Assembly (NCBI GenBank): GCA_900763355.1 | Contig: CAAFJY010000108.1 | Location: forward strand, 1-35,195 | Reading direction: 5' to 3' | Length of the DNA stretch: 35,195 nt | Origin: Clostridia bacterium | Lineage (GTDB): Bacteria > Bacillota > Clostridia > Oscillospirales > Butyricicoccaceae | Shown here: positions 18,801 to 27,000 of the stretch, piece after piece | How positions within the stretch are numbered: position 1 is the first letter of the stretch | Layout: every line of letters begins with the position of its first letter | Translations under genes and position numbers: made by a program | Notes under the pieces: generated by a model | Seen by the model: the letters and a program-made list of their open reading frames with translations, nothing else | What the model was told of the DNA's origin: nothing | The model's database searches: none

Positions 18801-19459
18801 ACGACAATGCCTTCTATCGGGACAACGGCGACGGCACCTGCGGCCTCTATTGTCCCGACTGCGGGGAGTATATTCAGGATCTGGAGCCCCACGACTGGGC
18901 CTATTCCTGGGAGCCCGGCAGCGAGAAGCACACCATGACCTGCCAGAACTGCGGCGCGGTGGAGCATGAGAAGCATCTGCTGCTCGACAAAAACAATACC
19001 GCCACCTGTACCGAGCCCGGTACGGCCATCTTCTCCTGCCACATCTGCGGTATGGAAGAGGAGCGGGAGACCCCGGCCCTGGGGCATGAGACGGGAGACA
19101 GCTGGCAGATCTCCGGCCAGCAGCACTGGAAGCAGTGCGATCGCTGCCACGAGGAGCTGGAAGGCACCCGTGCCGACCATGATTATCAGTACAACGCCCA
19201 TTCCGGGACCTGGATCTGCGCCGAATGCCTTGCAGTCCACGCCTGGGAATGCGGCGACGGCGCGCTGGAGCTGGTCCCCGAAGAAAGCAGCAGTACGTGC
19301 CGCGTCTGGCGCTGCCCCCACTGCGGCCTGACGCTGGAGCAGGAGGGGGATTTCTCTCCGGAGGAGCCCGATCTCCCGCCCCCGGATCCCGATCCCGGCC
19401 CGGAGGGCCCGGAGGATCCCGACGCTTCCGGCGGCGACCCGCCGGAAGATGGGGAATGA
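15836..19459 (+). CDS. Membrane-tethered (N-terminal TM) extracellular repeat protein with DUF4430-like module and Cys-rich CxxC-repeat tail (1207 aa)
   Basis: ORF 15713..19459 trimmed to MNGFWKNKWIQRGACALLCIGMLLAAFLAGGG (ATG at 15836 behind AGGGAG). Segments in order:
- D/P/T/G-rich linker at ~16000-16320.
- About five tandem ~115-aa beta-sandwich-like modules at ~16325-18070.
- DUF4430-like segment at ~18107-18662, ending GWLYQLDGEFYPGSSMSDYTLQDGSVLVLRYT.
- Seven CxxC motifs at ~18740-19350.
- Acidic, Pro-rich C-terminus. Confidence 0.85.
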   Translation: MNGFWKNKWIQRGACALLCIGMLLAAFLAGGGESLGPKAPQPGEQQSLELLTGGESAAQTTGTGGTSASDSAGPGSGGEGDDPAPDTPPDPDGTQDPAPVTPEPDNTQTPGDAPDPDSGDAPQPSASDARDPGQTNGTTVDTDEPGSLDTPDDTGTQGGDDSTLDLGAVFTWQKYGREDSTIVCDPGGRVRRTVLWNQVPGGRLEYEVALFGDDAIYAELESLRFSEGNGRAQELDPFGRVTLERREDGARNYIFTVTARVEKPGENDQSRTETVTFTFVIRYQDGLDLELELDWTRSGSLSTIRVAADGAARRTVLGSELTEGAFRYSLSLTGESATDGEILSAEYSADGGEGGALDTESGTLTLTPGADGTREYTLLITALVDDGGEERTVTFTVTLDYQAGVDLRLILTWQYRGITPRTAECQPDSRAALTIKQNQLSRGELLYALDLEGESAPRAHLLSASLEGPGGSQDLSDRGSATLSLPEGQTESAYVLRARALLEDTGREVSFAFRLTYTADAAMTMEYTLLAEGQPQTVTLSCENGRTVTAERIYSDQLTEDTLPVSFLLTGEGMTIERITLYQSGSGRERTLAQSPGSLWNGEALLLTDGEREGENRFTVSARDGEGTAYTFTFHLPFIRRGNKTIDIETNLPEDRTIRNETDYDLRIRARTMEADGSVFAVIRANGVTLTLDGEKLEYTGASGEWLQYKLYAKNPPEGDDNTHILVIHARDDYGNEKTETYELLGQRTEDGQKIGTAHIYIDMSALGLGTTSRIAYDVLSGEPISYVVAKAVWGYDAGEPYGTARETFGWDESDCSYGGKLDQGFYLAAMGDGSDLSTRAKALSGDWRDFGSTEEEILAAIDRRFGAGSGMAALWRCIYRNGIELRSWDDPHTVGEFDFTNGSGWLYQLDGEFYPGSSMSDYTLQDGSVLVLRYTLAYGWDVSEGLDGNQGNTVGYCARAINGRIQVNHRVEDGVCVSCGLRMGDCTHDNAFYRDNGDGTCGLYCPDCGEYIQDLEPHDWAYSWEPGSEKHTMTCQNCGAVEHEKHLLLDKNNTATCTEPGTAIFSCHICGMEEERETPALGHETGDSWQISGQQHWKQCDRCHEELEGTRADHDYQYNAHSGTWICAECLAVHAWECGDGALELVPEESSSTCRVWRCPHCGLTLEQEGDFSPEEPDLPPPDPDPGPEGPEDPDASGGDPPEDGE

Positions 19460-19550
19460 GTCCCTTTTTCCTGAAATATCCGGAAATAAACCGAGAAAAT
19501 ACTGAAAAATACCGAACCCGCCCGCATTTCCGGGCAGAAGGAGCACCCTT

Positions 19551-20504
19551 ATGAGCGAAAACAGCAAAACCGCCCAGCGCATCCTGGACGAGATCCAAAA
19601 GGTGGTGGTGGGCAAGACCGAAACGGTGGAAAAGATCCTCATGGCCATCCTGGCCGGGGGACATATCCTGATGGAAGATGTCCCTGGCGTGGGAAAGACC
19701 ACCACGGCCATGACCTTTGCCAAGGTCCTGGGGCTGGAGACCCGGAGAGTCCAGTTCACCTCCGACACCGTCCCCTCGGACATCATCGGCTTTTCGGTCT
19801 ATGACAAGGACAGCGGGAAGTTCGTCTACAAGCCCGGCGCGGTGATGACCAACCTCCTGCTGGCCGACGAGATCAACCGCACCTCCAGCAAGACCCAGTC
19901 GGCCCTTTTGGAGGCCATGGAGGAGCGCCGGGTCTCGGTGGACGGGGAGACCTATCCTCTGCCCGCTCCCTTTGTGGTGCTGGCCACCCAGAACCCCGTG
20001 GGCTCGGCGGGCACCACCCGCCTGCCCGAGTCCCAGCTGGACCGCTTTCTCATCCGGGTAAGCATGGGGTATCCCGATTTCCGCTCCCAGGTGAATATCC
20101 TCCGGGACCGGCACGACAAAAATCCCCTGGATGACATCCGCCCCGTGGTGGACAAGGGCGGGCTGATGGACCTCATCGCCGCCGTCACCGCCGTGGAGAT
20201 CCGGGACAGCATCTATGAATACGTCACCACCCTGGCCGAGGCCACCCGCACGCACCCCCTGGTGGAGCTGGGGCTCAGTCCCCGGGGCGCCCTGGCGCTG
20301 TGCCGCATGGCCAAGGCCCACGCCTTCCTTCGCGGGCGGGATTTCGTCACGCCGGAGGATGTTTCCCAGGTCTTCCCCGATGTGGCGGCCCACCGCCTGG
20401 TGTTGTCCTCCAAGGCACGGATGATGGAGAGCGACCCTGGGGAGATCACCCGGGAGATCCTTCAAACCGTATCCATGCCCGCCCTGGGCGGCGCGGGGAA
20501 ATGA
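19551..20504 (+). CDS. MoxR-family AAA+ ATPase
   Basis: Walker A is DVPGVGKTT and Walker B is LLLADEINR. Further motifs LLEAMEERRVSV and VLATQNP..LPESQLDRF are typical of the MoxR/RavA-like clade. The protein is 317 aa. Confidence 0.9.
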   Translation: MSENSKTAQRILDEIQKVVVGKTETVEKILMAILAGGHILMEDVPGVGKTTTAMTFAKVLGLETRRVQFTSDTVPSDIIGFSVYDKDSGKFVYKPGAVMTNLLLADEINRTSSKTQSALLEAMEERRVSVDGETYPLPAPFVVLATQNPVGSAGTTRLPESQLDRFLIRVSMGYPDFRSQVNILRDRHDKNPLDDIRPVVDKGGLMDLIAAVTAVEIRDSIYEYVTTLAEATRTHPLVELGLSPRGALALCRMAKAHAFLRGRDFVTPEDVSQVFPDVAAHRLVLSSKARMMESDPGEITREILQTVSMPALGGAGK

Positions 20505-21646
20505 TGGGGACTGCAAGAGCCCTCTGGGCTCTGTTTACGCTCCTGTGCGCCGGGATGACGGCCCTCTGGGGCAGCGTGGGGACGCTGGCCCTGCTGTGCG
20601 TGCTTCTGCTTTTGCCTCTTTTGCAGCTGGCGGGCGGTCTGCTTTGCCGGAAAAACCTCTCGCTCACGGTGGAGTGTCCTGTCAGCGGCTGGCAGGGGGA
20701 GCCTCTTTCGGTGACAGTGGCGGCGGAAAACGGGAGCGTCCTCCCCATTTGGGGCCTGTCTCTCTCCGTGACAGCGGAAAACGCTCTCACCGGGGAGAAC
20801 GAAAAGACACCCCTGCGGCTGACGCTCCCGCCCGGGGGGCGGCGGCAGGTGACCCTCACCCTGGACGGACAATATGCCGGCCTTCTGCGCATCACCGCCG
20901 CCCGGGCGCGGCTCTATGACAGCTTTTGGCTCATCCCCCTCCCCGCACCGGCGGAGAGCGTGGGAAAATGTGCGCTCCTTCCCCGGTGCTTCCCCATGGA
21001 GACCCTGGTGGGGGCCGACGCTTCCCGCCTGGAGGAGAGCGAGGTCTTTTCCCCGGACAAGCCCGGGGCCGACCCCAGCGAGACCTTCCAGCTGCGGGAA
21101 TATGTCCCCGGGGACAGCCCCCGGCAGATCCACTGGAAGCTCACCGAAAAGCTGGGCCGCCTGACGGTGAAGGATTTTTCATTGCCGGTGGATCGCTCGA
21201 TCCTCCTGATCTGGGAGCGGCGCGAGACCCGGCCCACCCCTGCGGCGGAGGATGCCCAGGCCGCCGTGCTCTTCTCTCTCGGGCAGAGCCTTTTGGAGCA
21301 GGCGGGCGCTTTCACCCTCCTGTGGAACGAGAAAGACAGCCCCTGCTGTCGCCTGGCGGTGGGGGATCTGGACGATCTGGTGGGGCTCACACCCCGTCTG
21401 CTGGCGGCCCGGCCCCTGACCCAGGGGCCCACGGCAGCGCTGGCTCTGTGCCAGACGGCGGGGGAGGAGACTTTTGCCCATATCATCTATCTGGGGGAGC
21501 GGGCCCCCGACTGTCTGCCCCGTCTGCGGGAGCTGGGCCGGGTGACCCTGATCCTTTCCCAGCCAGAGGGCGCACCGGGAGATGTGCCCTGCTATCCCTT
21601 TGACCCCCAGCACAAGGCCCAGCAGCTGCGGGAAGTGCGAATCTGA
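20501..21646 (+). CDS. DUF58 family protein (MoxR-associated, vWA-like fold), two N-terminal TM helices
   Basis: ORF 20300..21646 trimmed to MMGTARALW (ATG at 20501), giving an ATGA overlap with the moxR stop. The DUF58 hallmark REYVPGDSPRQIHWKLTEKLGRLTVKDF is present. Confidence 0.8.
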   Translation: MMGTARALWALFTLLCAGMTALWGSVGTLALLCVLLLLPLLQLAGGLLCRKNLSLTVECPVSGWQGEPLSVTVAAENGSVLPIWGLSLSVTAENALTGENEKTPLRLTLPPGGRRQVTLTLDGQYAGLLRITAARARLYDSFWLIPLPAPAESVGKCALLPRCFPMETLVGADASRLEESEVFSPDKPGADPSETFQLREYVPGDSPRQIHWKLTEKLGRLTVKDFSLPVDRSILLIWERRETRPTPAAEDAQAAVLFSLGQSLLEQAGAFTLLWNEKDSPCCRLAVGDLDDLVGLTPRLLAARPLTQGPTAALALCQTAGEETFAHIIYLGERAPDCLPRLRELGRVTLILSQPEGAPGDVPCYPFDPQHKAQQLREVRI

Positions 21647-21657
21647 GGAGGAAGCAA

Positions 21658-23985
21658 ATGAAACGATCATCCACCCTGACCCTCGCTCCGGCGGCCCTCC
21701 CTGCCCCTTCCCGGCAGGACCGGCTGGTCCGGGCGGGGCTGGCGCTGCTCCTGCTGGGGAGCCTGTGGGCCCTCTGGCTGCAATATGCCGCCCCGGCGGA
21801 GGCCCCCTGGGCTCTTCCGGCGACAGTGAGCGGGCTCCTTTGCCTGGCCAGCGCCCTTCTCCCGGAAAAGGGCTGGGCCCCTTGGGCCCGGCTGGGGACG
21901 CTGGCCCTCCTGCTCCTGGCCGCGCTGGTGGGCAGAAGTGATGTTTCCGCCGGCCTGACCCTCTGCCGCAATGCCTGGCGGGCGGGACGGACGGCGGCCT
22001 CCGGTGTGCTCCACCCGGCGCTGGAAGCGGCGGGAACGGGCAGCGGACTGGTGTTTTACCTGGTGCTGGGCGGGGCGATGGCTCTCCTGTGCCGGGCGAT
22101 CGCGGAAAAGGCCCCCTGTCTGGGGGCGGCGGGCTGCCTGGGCGGCAGTCTGGCGGTGCTCCTTTTGCAGGAAACGGCGGGGGCCCCCTGGGCCGTAGCC
22201 GCCCTTTTGGGGACGGGCGTTTTGCTCCTGGTCTCCGGAACGGGGACCGGGCGGGACCGGCTTTTGCCGGGACTGGCGGCGCTGCTGGCGGTCTTCCTGG
22301 CGGCGGGCGCGGTCCTCATCATTCCCTCGGCCCGGAGCGGAGCCCTCTTTTCCGCCTGGCGGGCAGACAGCAAGCAGGCGCTCCACGCCTTCCGTTACGA
22401 GACCGGGGCGGACCCCCTCCCGGAGGGGGATCTGTCCAACATCACGCCCCGCACCGAGACCGGCCGGGTCATGCTCACTGTGACGCTGGACCAGCCCGAG
22501 CCGCTTTATTTCCGCGGCTTTGCGGGGGAGATCTACACCGGGACCGGCTGGGCGTCCCCCACCGGAGCCGACCTGGCCCGGGAAGGGGAGACCCTCTGGT
22601 GGCTCCATGACCAGGACTTTTATCCCGCACACCAGATGGCTCTGGCTGCCCGGGCGGCGGGAGCGGAGGCGGCGACGGCAGCCTTTACCGTGACCAATCA
22701 GGCCGCCTGTACGGCCTATGCCTATCTCCCCGTCTCGGCGGCGGCGGACAGCCTGATCCGGAACCCCCTCCGCCTGCTGGCGGAGGAAGGATGCCGGGAG
22801 ACGATTTCCGGGACCGTTCTCGTGCATGGAGCGGAGCAGGGGGCGGCCTGGCTGGCCGCCCTTCAGGGGGAAAATGACCCCGCTGCTGCGGCGTTTTTAG
22901 AGGAAGAAAGCGCTTACCGCACCCTGGTAGAGAACGATGCCCTGGAAGTCCCGGACAGCGTCCGGGCCCTCCTTCTTCCCCGGCTGCGGGAGGCGGGCTG
23001 GAGCGAAAGCAGTACCTCCGGCGAGAGCATCCTGGCCGTCCGGTGCTTTTTGGAGGAGAGCTTTTCCTACAGTGACGGGGGCCTCACTCTGGAGGCGGGG
23101 AGCGACCTCATCGAGACTCTCCTGGCCCGGGGCACGGGCAGCGACGTGCATTACGCATCCCTCGCGGTGATGGCCCTGCGCTGCTGCGGCATCCCCGCCC
23201 GCTATGCCGAGGGCTATGTCCTCACGGCCCAGGACGCTTCCCAGGCCGGGGAGGGCGGCATCCCTCTCCGGGACGGCAGCGCCCACGCCTGGGCGGAGGT
23301 CTATCAGCCCGGTCTCGGGTGGCTCCCCCTGGAGCTCACCCCCGGTTATGCCGCCCAGATGGGCACAGCAGGCCAGGCCGGGGGCCTGGCGGGCATGGTC
23401 CCCGGGGAGGACGGAGAAGCCATCGGCGGCTCCGGCACCGGCGAGACCAAGGAGGGGGAGGAATACGAGCCCGAGCCCGATCAGAATGCCGACACCTCAC
23501 CCGACCCCGGCGAGGTCCCCGACGACGGGACCAGCTCCCAGACCCGGCTCCGCCGGGAACGGATTTTGTGGCTGGCGGGAGCGGTCATTTTGCTGCTGCT
23601 TATCCTGTGCGCCGGGGTCTGGCTGCGGCGGAAAAAGATCCTCCGGGCCCGGCAGGCGGCCTTTGACGGGGAAGACCTTTCCCCGGCCCTGGCGGCCCGG
23701 TTCGCTCACTGCGTCCGTCTGCTGGAAGAGCTGGGCTTTGACCGGGCGGGAGGGAGCCTCTATGCTCTCGCCCCGGCCCTGGACGGGCGCTTTGGCCCGG
23801 ACTATGCTTCCCGCTTCCGCCGGATGACGGCGGTGCAGCAGGAGGCCGTCTTCAGCTCCCATCCCCTCTCCCCGGAGCTGCGGGGAGAAATGGCCGGATT
23901 TGACCGGGAGACCACCGCGCTTTTGCAGAAAAACGCGGGCTTTTGGGCAAAACTCCGGCAGAAATGGCTGAAATGTCTCTATTGA
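21658..23985 (+). CDS. TgpA-like polytopic membrane protein with transglutaminase-fold domain (nucleophile Cys apparently replaced) and DUF4129-like C-terminus
   Basis: GGAGGA RBS upstream. The N-terminus is Ala/Leu-rich and multi-TM. The core motifs are GTGSDVHYASLAVMALRCCGIPARYAEGY and GSAHAWAEVYQPGLGWLPLELTPGY. A late TM helix, ILWLAGAVILLLLILCAGVWL, is followed by a helical tail. Confidence 0.8.
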   Translation: MKRSSTLTLAPAALPAPSRQDRLVRAGLALLLLGSLWALWLQYAAPAEAPWALPATVSGLLCLASALLPEKGWAPWARLGTLALLLLAALVGRSDVSAGLTLCRNAWRAGRTAASGVLHPALEAAGTGSGLVFYLVLGGAMALLCRAIAEKAPCLGAAGCLGGSLAVLLLQETAGAPWAVAALLGTGVLLLVSGTGTGRDRLLPGLAALLAVFLAAGAVLIIPSARSGALFSAWRADSKQALHAFRYETGADPLPEGDLSNITPRTETGRVMLTVTLDQPEPLYFRGFAGEIYTGTGWASPTGADLAREGETLWWLHDQDFYPAHQMALAARAAGAEAATAAFTVTNQAACTAYAYLPVSAAADSLIRNPLRLLAEEGCRETISGTVLVHGAEQGAAWLAALQGENDPAAAAFLEEESAYRTLVENDALEVPDSVRALLLPRLREAGWSESSTSGESILAVRCFLEESFSYSDGGLTLEAGSDLIETLLARGTGSDVHYASLAVMALRCCGIPARYAEGYVLTAQDASQAGEGGIPLRDGSAHAWAEVYQPGLGWLPLELTPGYAAQMGTAGQAGGLAGMVPGEDGEAIGGSGTGETKEGEEYEPEPDQNADTSPDPGEVPDDGTSSQTRLRRERILWLAGAVILLLLILCAGVWLRRKKILRARQAAFDGEDLSPALAARFAHCVRLLEELGFDRAGGSLYALAPALDGRFGPDYASRFRRMTAVQQEAVFSSHPLSPELRGEMAGFDRETTALLQKNAGFWAKLRQKWLKCLY

Positions 23986-24058
23986 TCGGGAAAAACCCGC
24001 GCGCTTGATATGATCTCACCCTGTGATACACGCCCCCTGCGTGGAAAGGAAACCACCC

Positions 24059-27000
24059 ATGAAACACACCTTTGGAAAACGCGCCCTGGCCCTGGCCCTC
24101 AGTCTGGCCCTCTGCCTGGGGCTGTTCCCGGCCCAGGCCCTGGCCGCGGGAGACGGGACCCTCTATTTCGCCGTCACCAACGGGGAGACCCTGGTGGTCC
24201 CACCGGAAAAGCTGTCCTACACCGCCGGGATGACCATCAAGGAGGTCCTCCTGGCCAGCGACCACACCTTCGACGGTCTGGGAGAAACGGAGGAATGGAT
24301 CCGCTCGGTGGACGGCGTCATCGCCAACTATGTCCGCTCCGATGAGCAGGGCGGCTATGACCTGAACGCCCCCGCCGACAGCGTGGAAATGTTCTGCCTG
24401 GATGTGCGGGAGGAGGGCTTCCTCACCCCGGGGCTGCAGACCCTGGTCCGGGCCATGGCCGACCTGATGGAAGAGGAGGCCGACGTGCGCGCCGCGGCGA
24501 AGAACGAGTATCAGGCGGCGCTGGAGGCCTATCCCACCGCCGGCAGCGACCGGGCCCGGGAGCTGGCCGCGGACATCACCGACGCGGTGGAGGAGTATCA
24601 GAAAAAGCTTGAAAATACCGCCCCCATCACCTTCACGACGGAAGACGGAACGCCCTATGGCGGCGAGGTCACGGCGGTGAACACTTATGGCCGCGTCTTT
24701 GCCGACGACGACGGCGACGGCACGCTGGAGCTCCCCTGGGGGGAGACCTATGCCTTCACCATCCGCCGGGACTTTGCCCGGGTGGACGGCTCGGTGCGGG
24801 TCACCGGGGCCCAGACCATCACGGCCGATCTCCCCACGGGGGACTGGATGGCCGGGGGCGCACGGCTCTCCCTGTCCGGCGGCAGAGACTTTGAGGACAG
24901 CGTGCTGGAGCTGACCCAGGAGGGTCACACGCTCACCGCCCAGGTCCCCGATACCTATGCCACGGGGAGCGTCTATCTCTGCGCGCAGTATGACCCGGTG
25001 CTCTTCTCCGGCGCCGGGCCCAAGCTCTATGCTTGCTATACCAACACCGATGGGAAGGTCATCTCTCCGGAGACCGACAAGGCGGCCTCCAACCAGACGT
25101 GGAACTCCAAATACACCTCCACGACGGGGGCTCTGTCCGCCGGGAGCGCGGGGACGGAGATCGTCTACCGGGTCACGGTGGAAATGGGAGGCTACACCTA
25201 TTCCCAGGAATATACCCTGGTGCTGGAGCGGAGCCTGTCCCTGTCGGCCCTCCGGGTGACCGACCAGGACGGGACCGGCCAGGCCCCCACCGTGTCCTTT
25301 GACCCGGAGACGCGGGAATACACCTACCGGGTGCTGGACACGGTCACTGCGGTGAAGCTCGAACCCACGGCCTTTCAGAAAAACTATGCCATCCGGGTGA
25401 ATGGGACGCTCCTGAGCGACCTTTCCCCCATCCCCCTCACCGGGGATTCCACCACCGTCACCCTCACCCTGGAGCAGGGAAAGGCCCGGGGGGAATACAC
25501 CCTCACCTTTGTCCGGGCAAAGGGGCAGAATATCACCTTCACCACAGTGGACAGCGACACCGAGCTCCAGGTCTATAACCAAAACGGCGAAGAGCTCAAG
25601 ACCTATCGGGAGCTGGACACCGGCGGAGGATGGGTCTACCGCTACACCCTGGTCCCTGGGGAGACCTATCATTATGTGGCCTCCAAGGGCGAGTTTTATC
25701 ACACCGCCCGGACCTTTACCCTGGAAGAGGCTTCGGGCACCAGCGCCCGGATCTCTGTCCCCACCGTGGACGCCCTCACCGCCCTCTCTCTGGGGCAGGA
25801 GGCCACGCTCAACAGCCCCTATCCCCTGAAAGAGGCCGTGGCCCCGGGGACGCACCGGTATACCCTCACCGTGGGCGACCGGAACGCCGCTCTGTTTGTC
25901 AAGGCCGCGGGGACGGCGGGGATGACCGTCCAGGCCCTGTATACCTCCATCGCGGCCACGGCTGCTTTTCACGGCAAGGCCCGGACGGTGACGGTGCCCA
26001 ACGGCGGTTCCCGGGGACAGAGCCTCGCCAATGCCCTCCTGGGCAACGCCCAGGGGAACGAGATCACCCTCCGCTTCTCCCGGGAGGAGGACGGCATCAC
26101 TCAATATCAGGACTACGTCATCCAGGTGGAGCGGGCGCTCTCCCTGAGGGATCTTCAGGCCGAATGCGGCGGCATCACCTGCAGGCTGGAGCCGGCCTAC
26201 AGCCCTGCCGTCACCGAATATGAGGTGACGGTGCCCATGGCGGCGGCCTCTCTGGACGTTACCGCCCTTCTGCGGGAGGGGGTCTCCCTCCCCTTCGGCG
26301 GAGAGAGCGACGGCTATTGGGTGGAGATCAACGGACAGCGCGCCGCGGGGAAGACCGCGGTCCCCCTCACCGGTACGGAGCAGACAGAGACGGTGGCCAT
26401 CACCGTGGGCAGCGATGTCCAGGACCCCAGCGCGCCCACTCAGATCACTCTGACGGTCCGCAAGGCCGCCCCCGTCCTGGTGACGGCGGCGGTCACGCCG
26501 GAGGCGGGGCTTTTGGTCCTCACCGACCGGGGGACGGGCGCCCGTGTCTGGCCCGGGAGCGACGGCCGCTTTGCACTCAGCGAGGGCTTCTCCTATGACT
26601 GGCGGCTGACGGCCCGGGGCTTTGTGGGCCGGGGCGGCACCCTCTCGGTGGACAAGACCGAGGCGGGGGAGGTCGTCCTCAAGCTCTCCTCCGGGGAGAG
26701 CATCCCCACCCAGGTGGGGGACGACGGCAGCCGCAGGGCTTCCTGGATCCTTTCTCTGGAAAAGGCGGCGGACAACACCACTCTGGACCCCAATTTAGAG
26801 GCGGAATGGGCCGATTTCCGCGGCACAAGCTATACCTATGACGCGGACTCCGGCACCGTCGCCGCCGGCGGGTCCCGGTACACCAACAACGGCGTCACCT
26901 CCGCTCCCATCCCCGTGGAGAGCCTGAACACCGAGCTCTCCTGGGCCACCAAGCTGGGGGACGGCTACAGCAGCGGTGCCGTGGGCTGCCCCATCCTGGT

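Noticed and set aside
67-24058. N-terminal extensions offered by the ORF track (67 vs 121; 2206 vs 2248; 6317 vs 6083; 7993 vs 7795; 7427 vs 7409; 8324 vs 8384; 15713 vs 15836; 20300 vs 20501; 24023 vs 24059; also 31553 vs 31598).
   Set aside because: In each case an internal ATG is preceded by a good Shine-Dalgarno sequence or forms an ATGA coupling overlap. Each internal start gives a native-looking N-terminus (signal peptide, or family-typical start). The upstream extension is R/P/G-rich or overlaps the preceding gene extensively.
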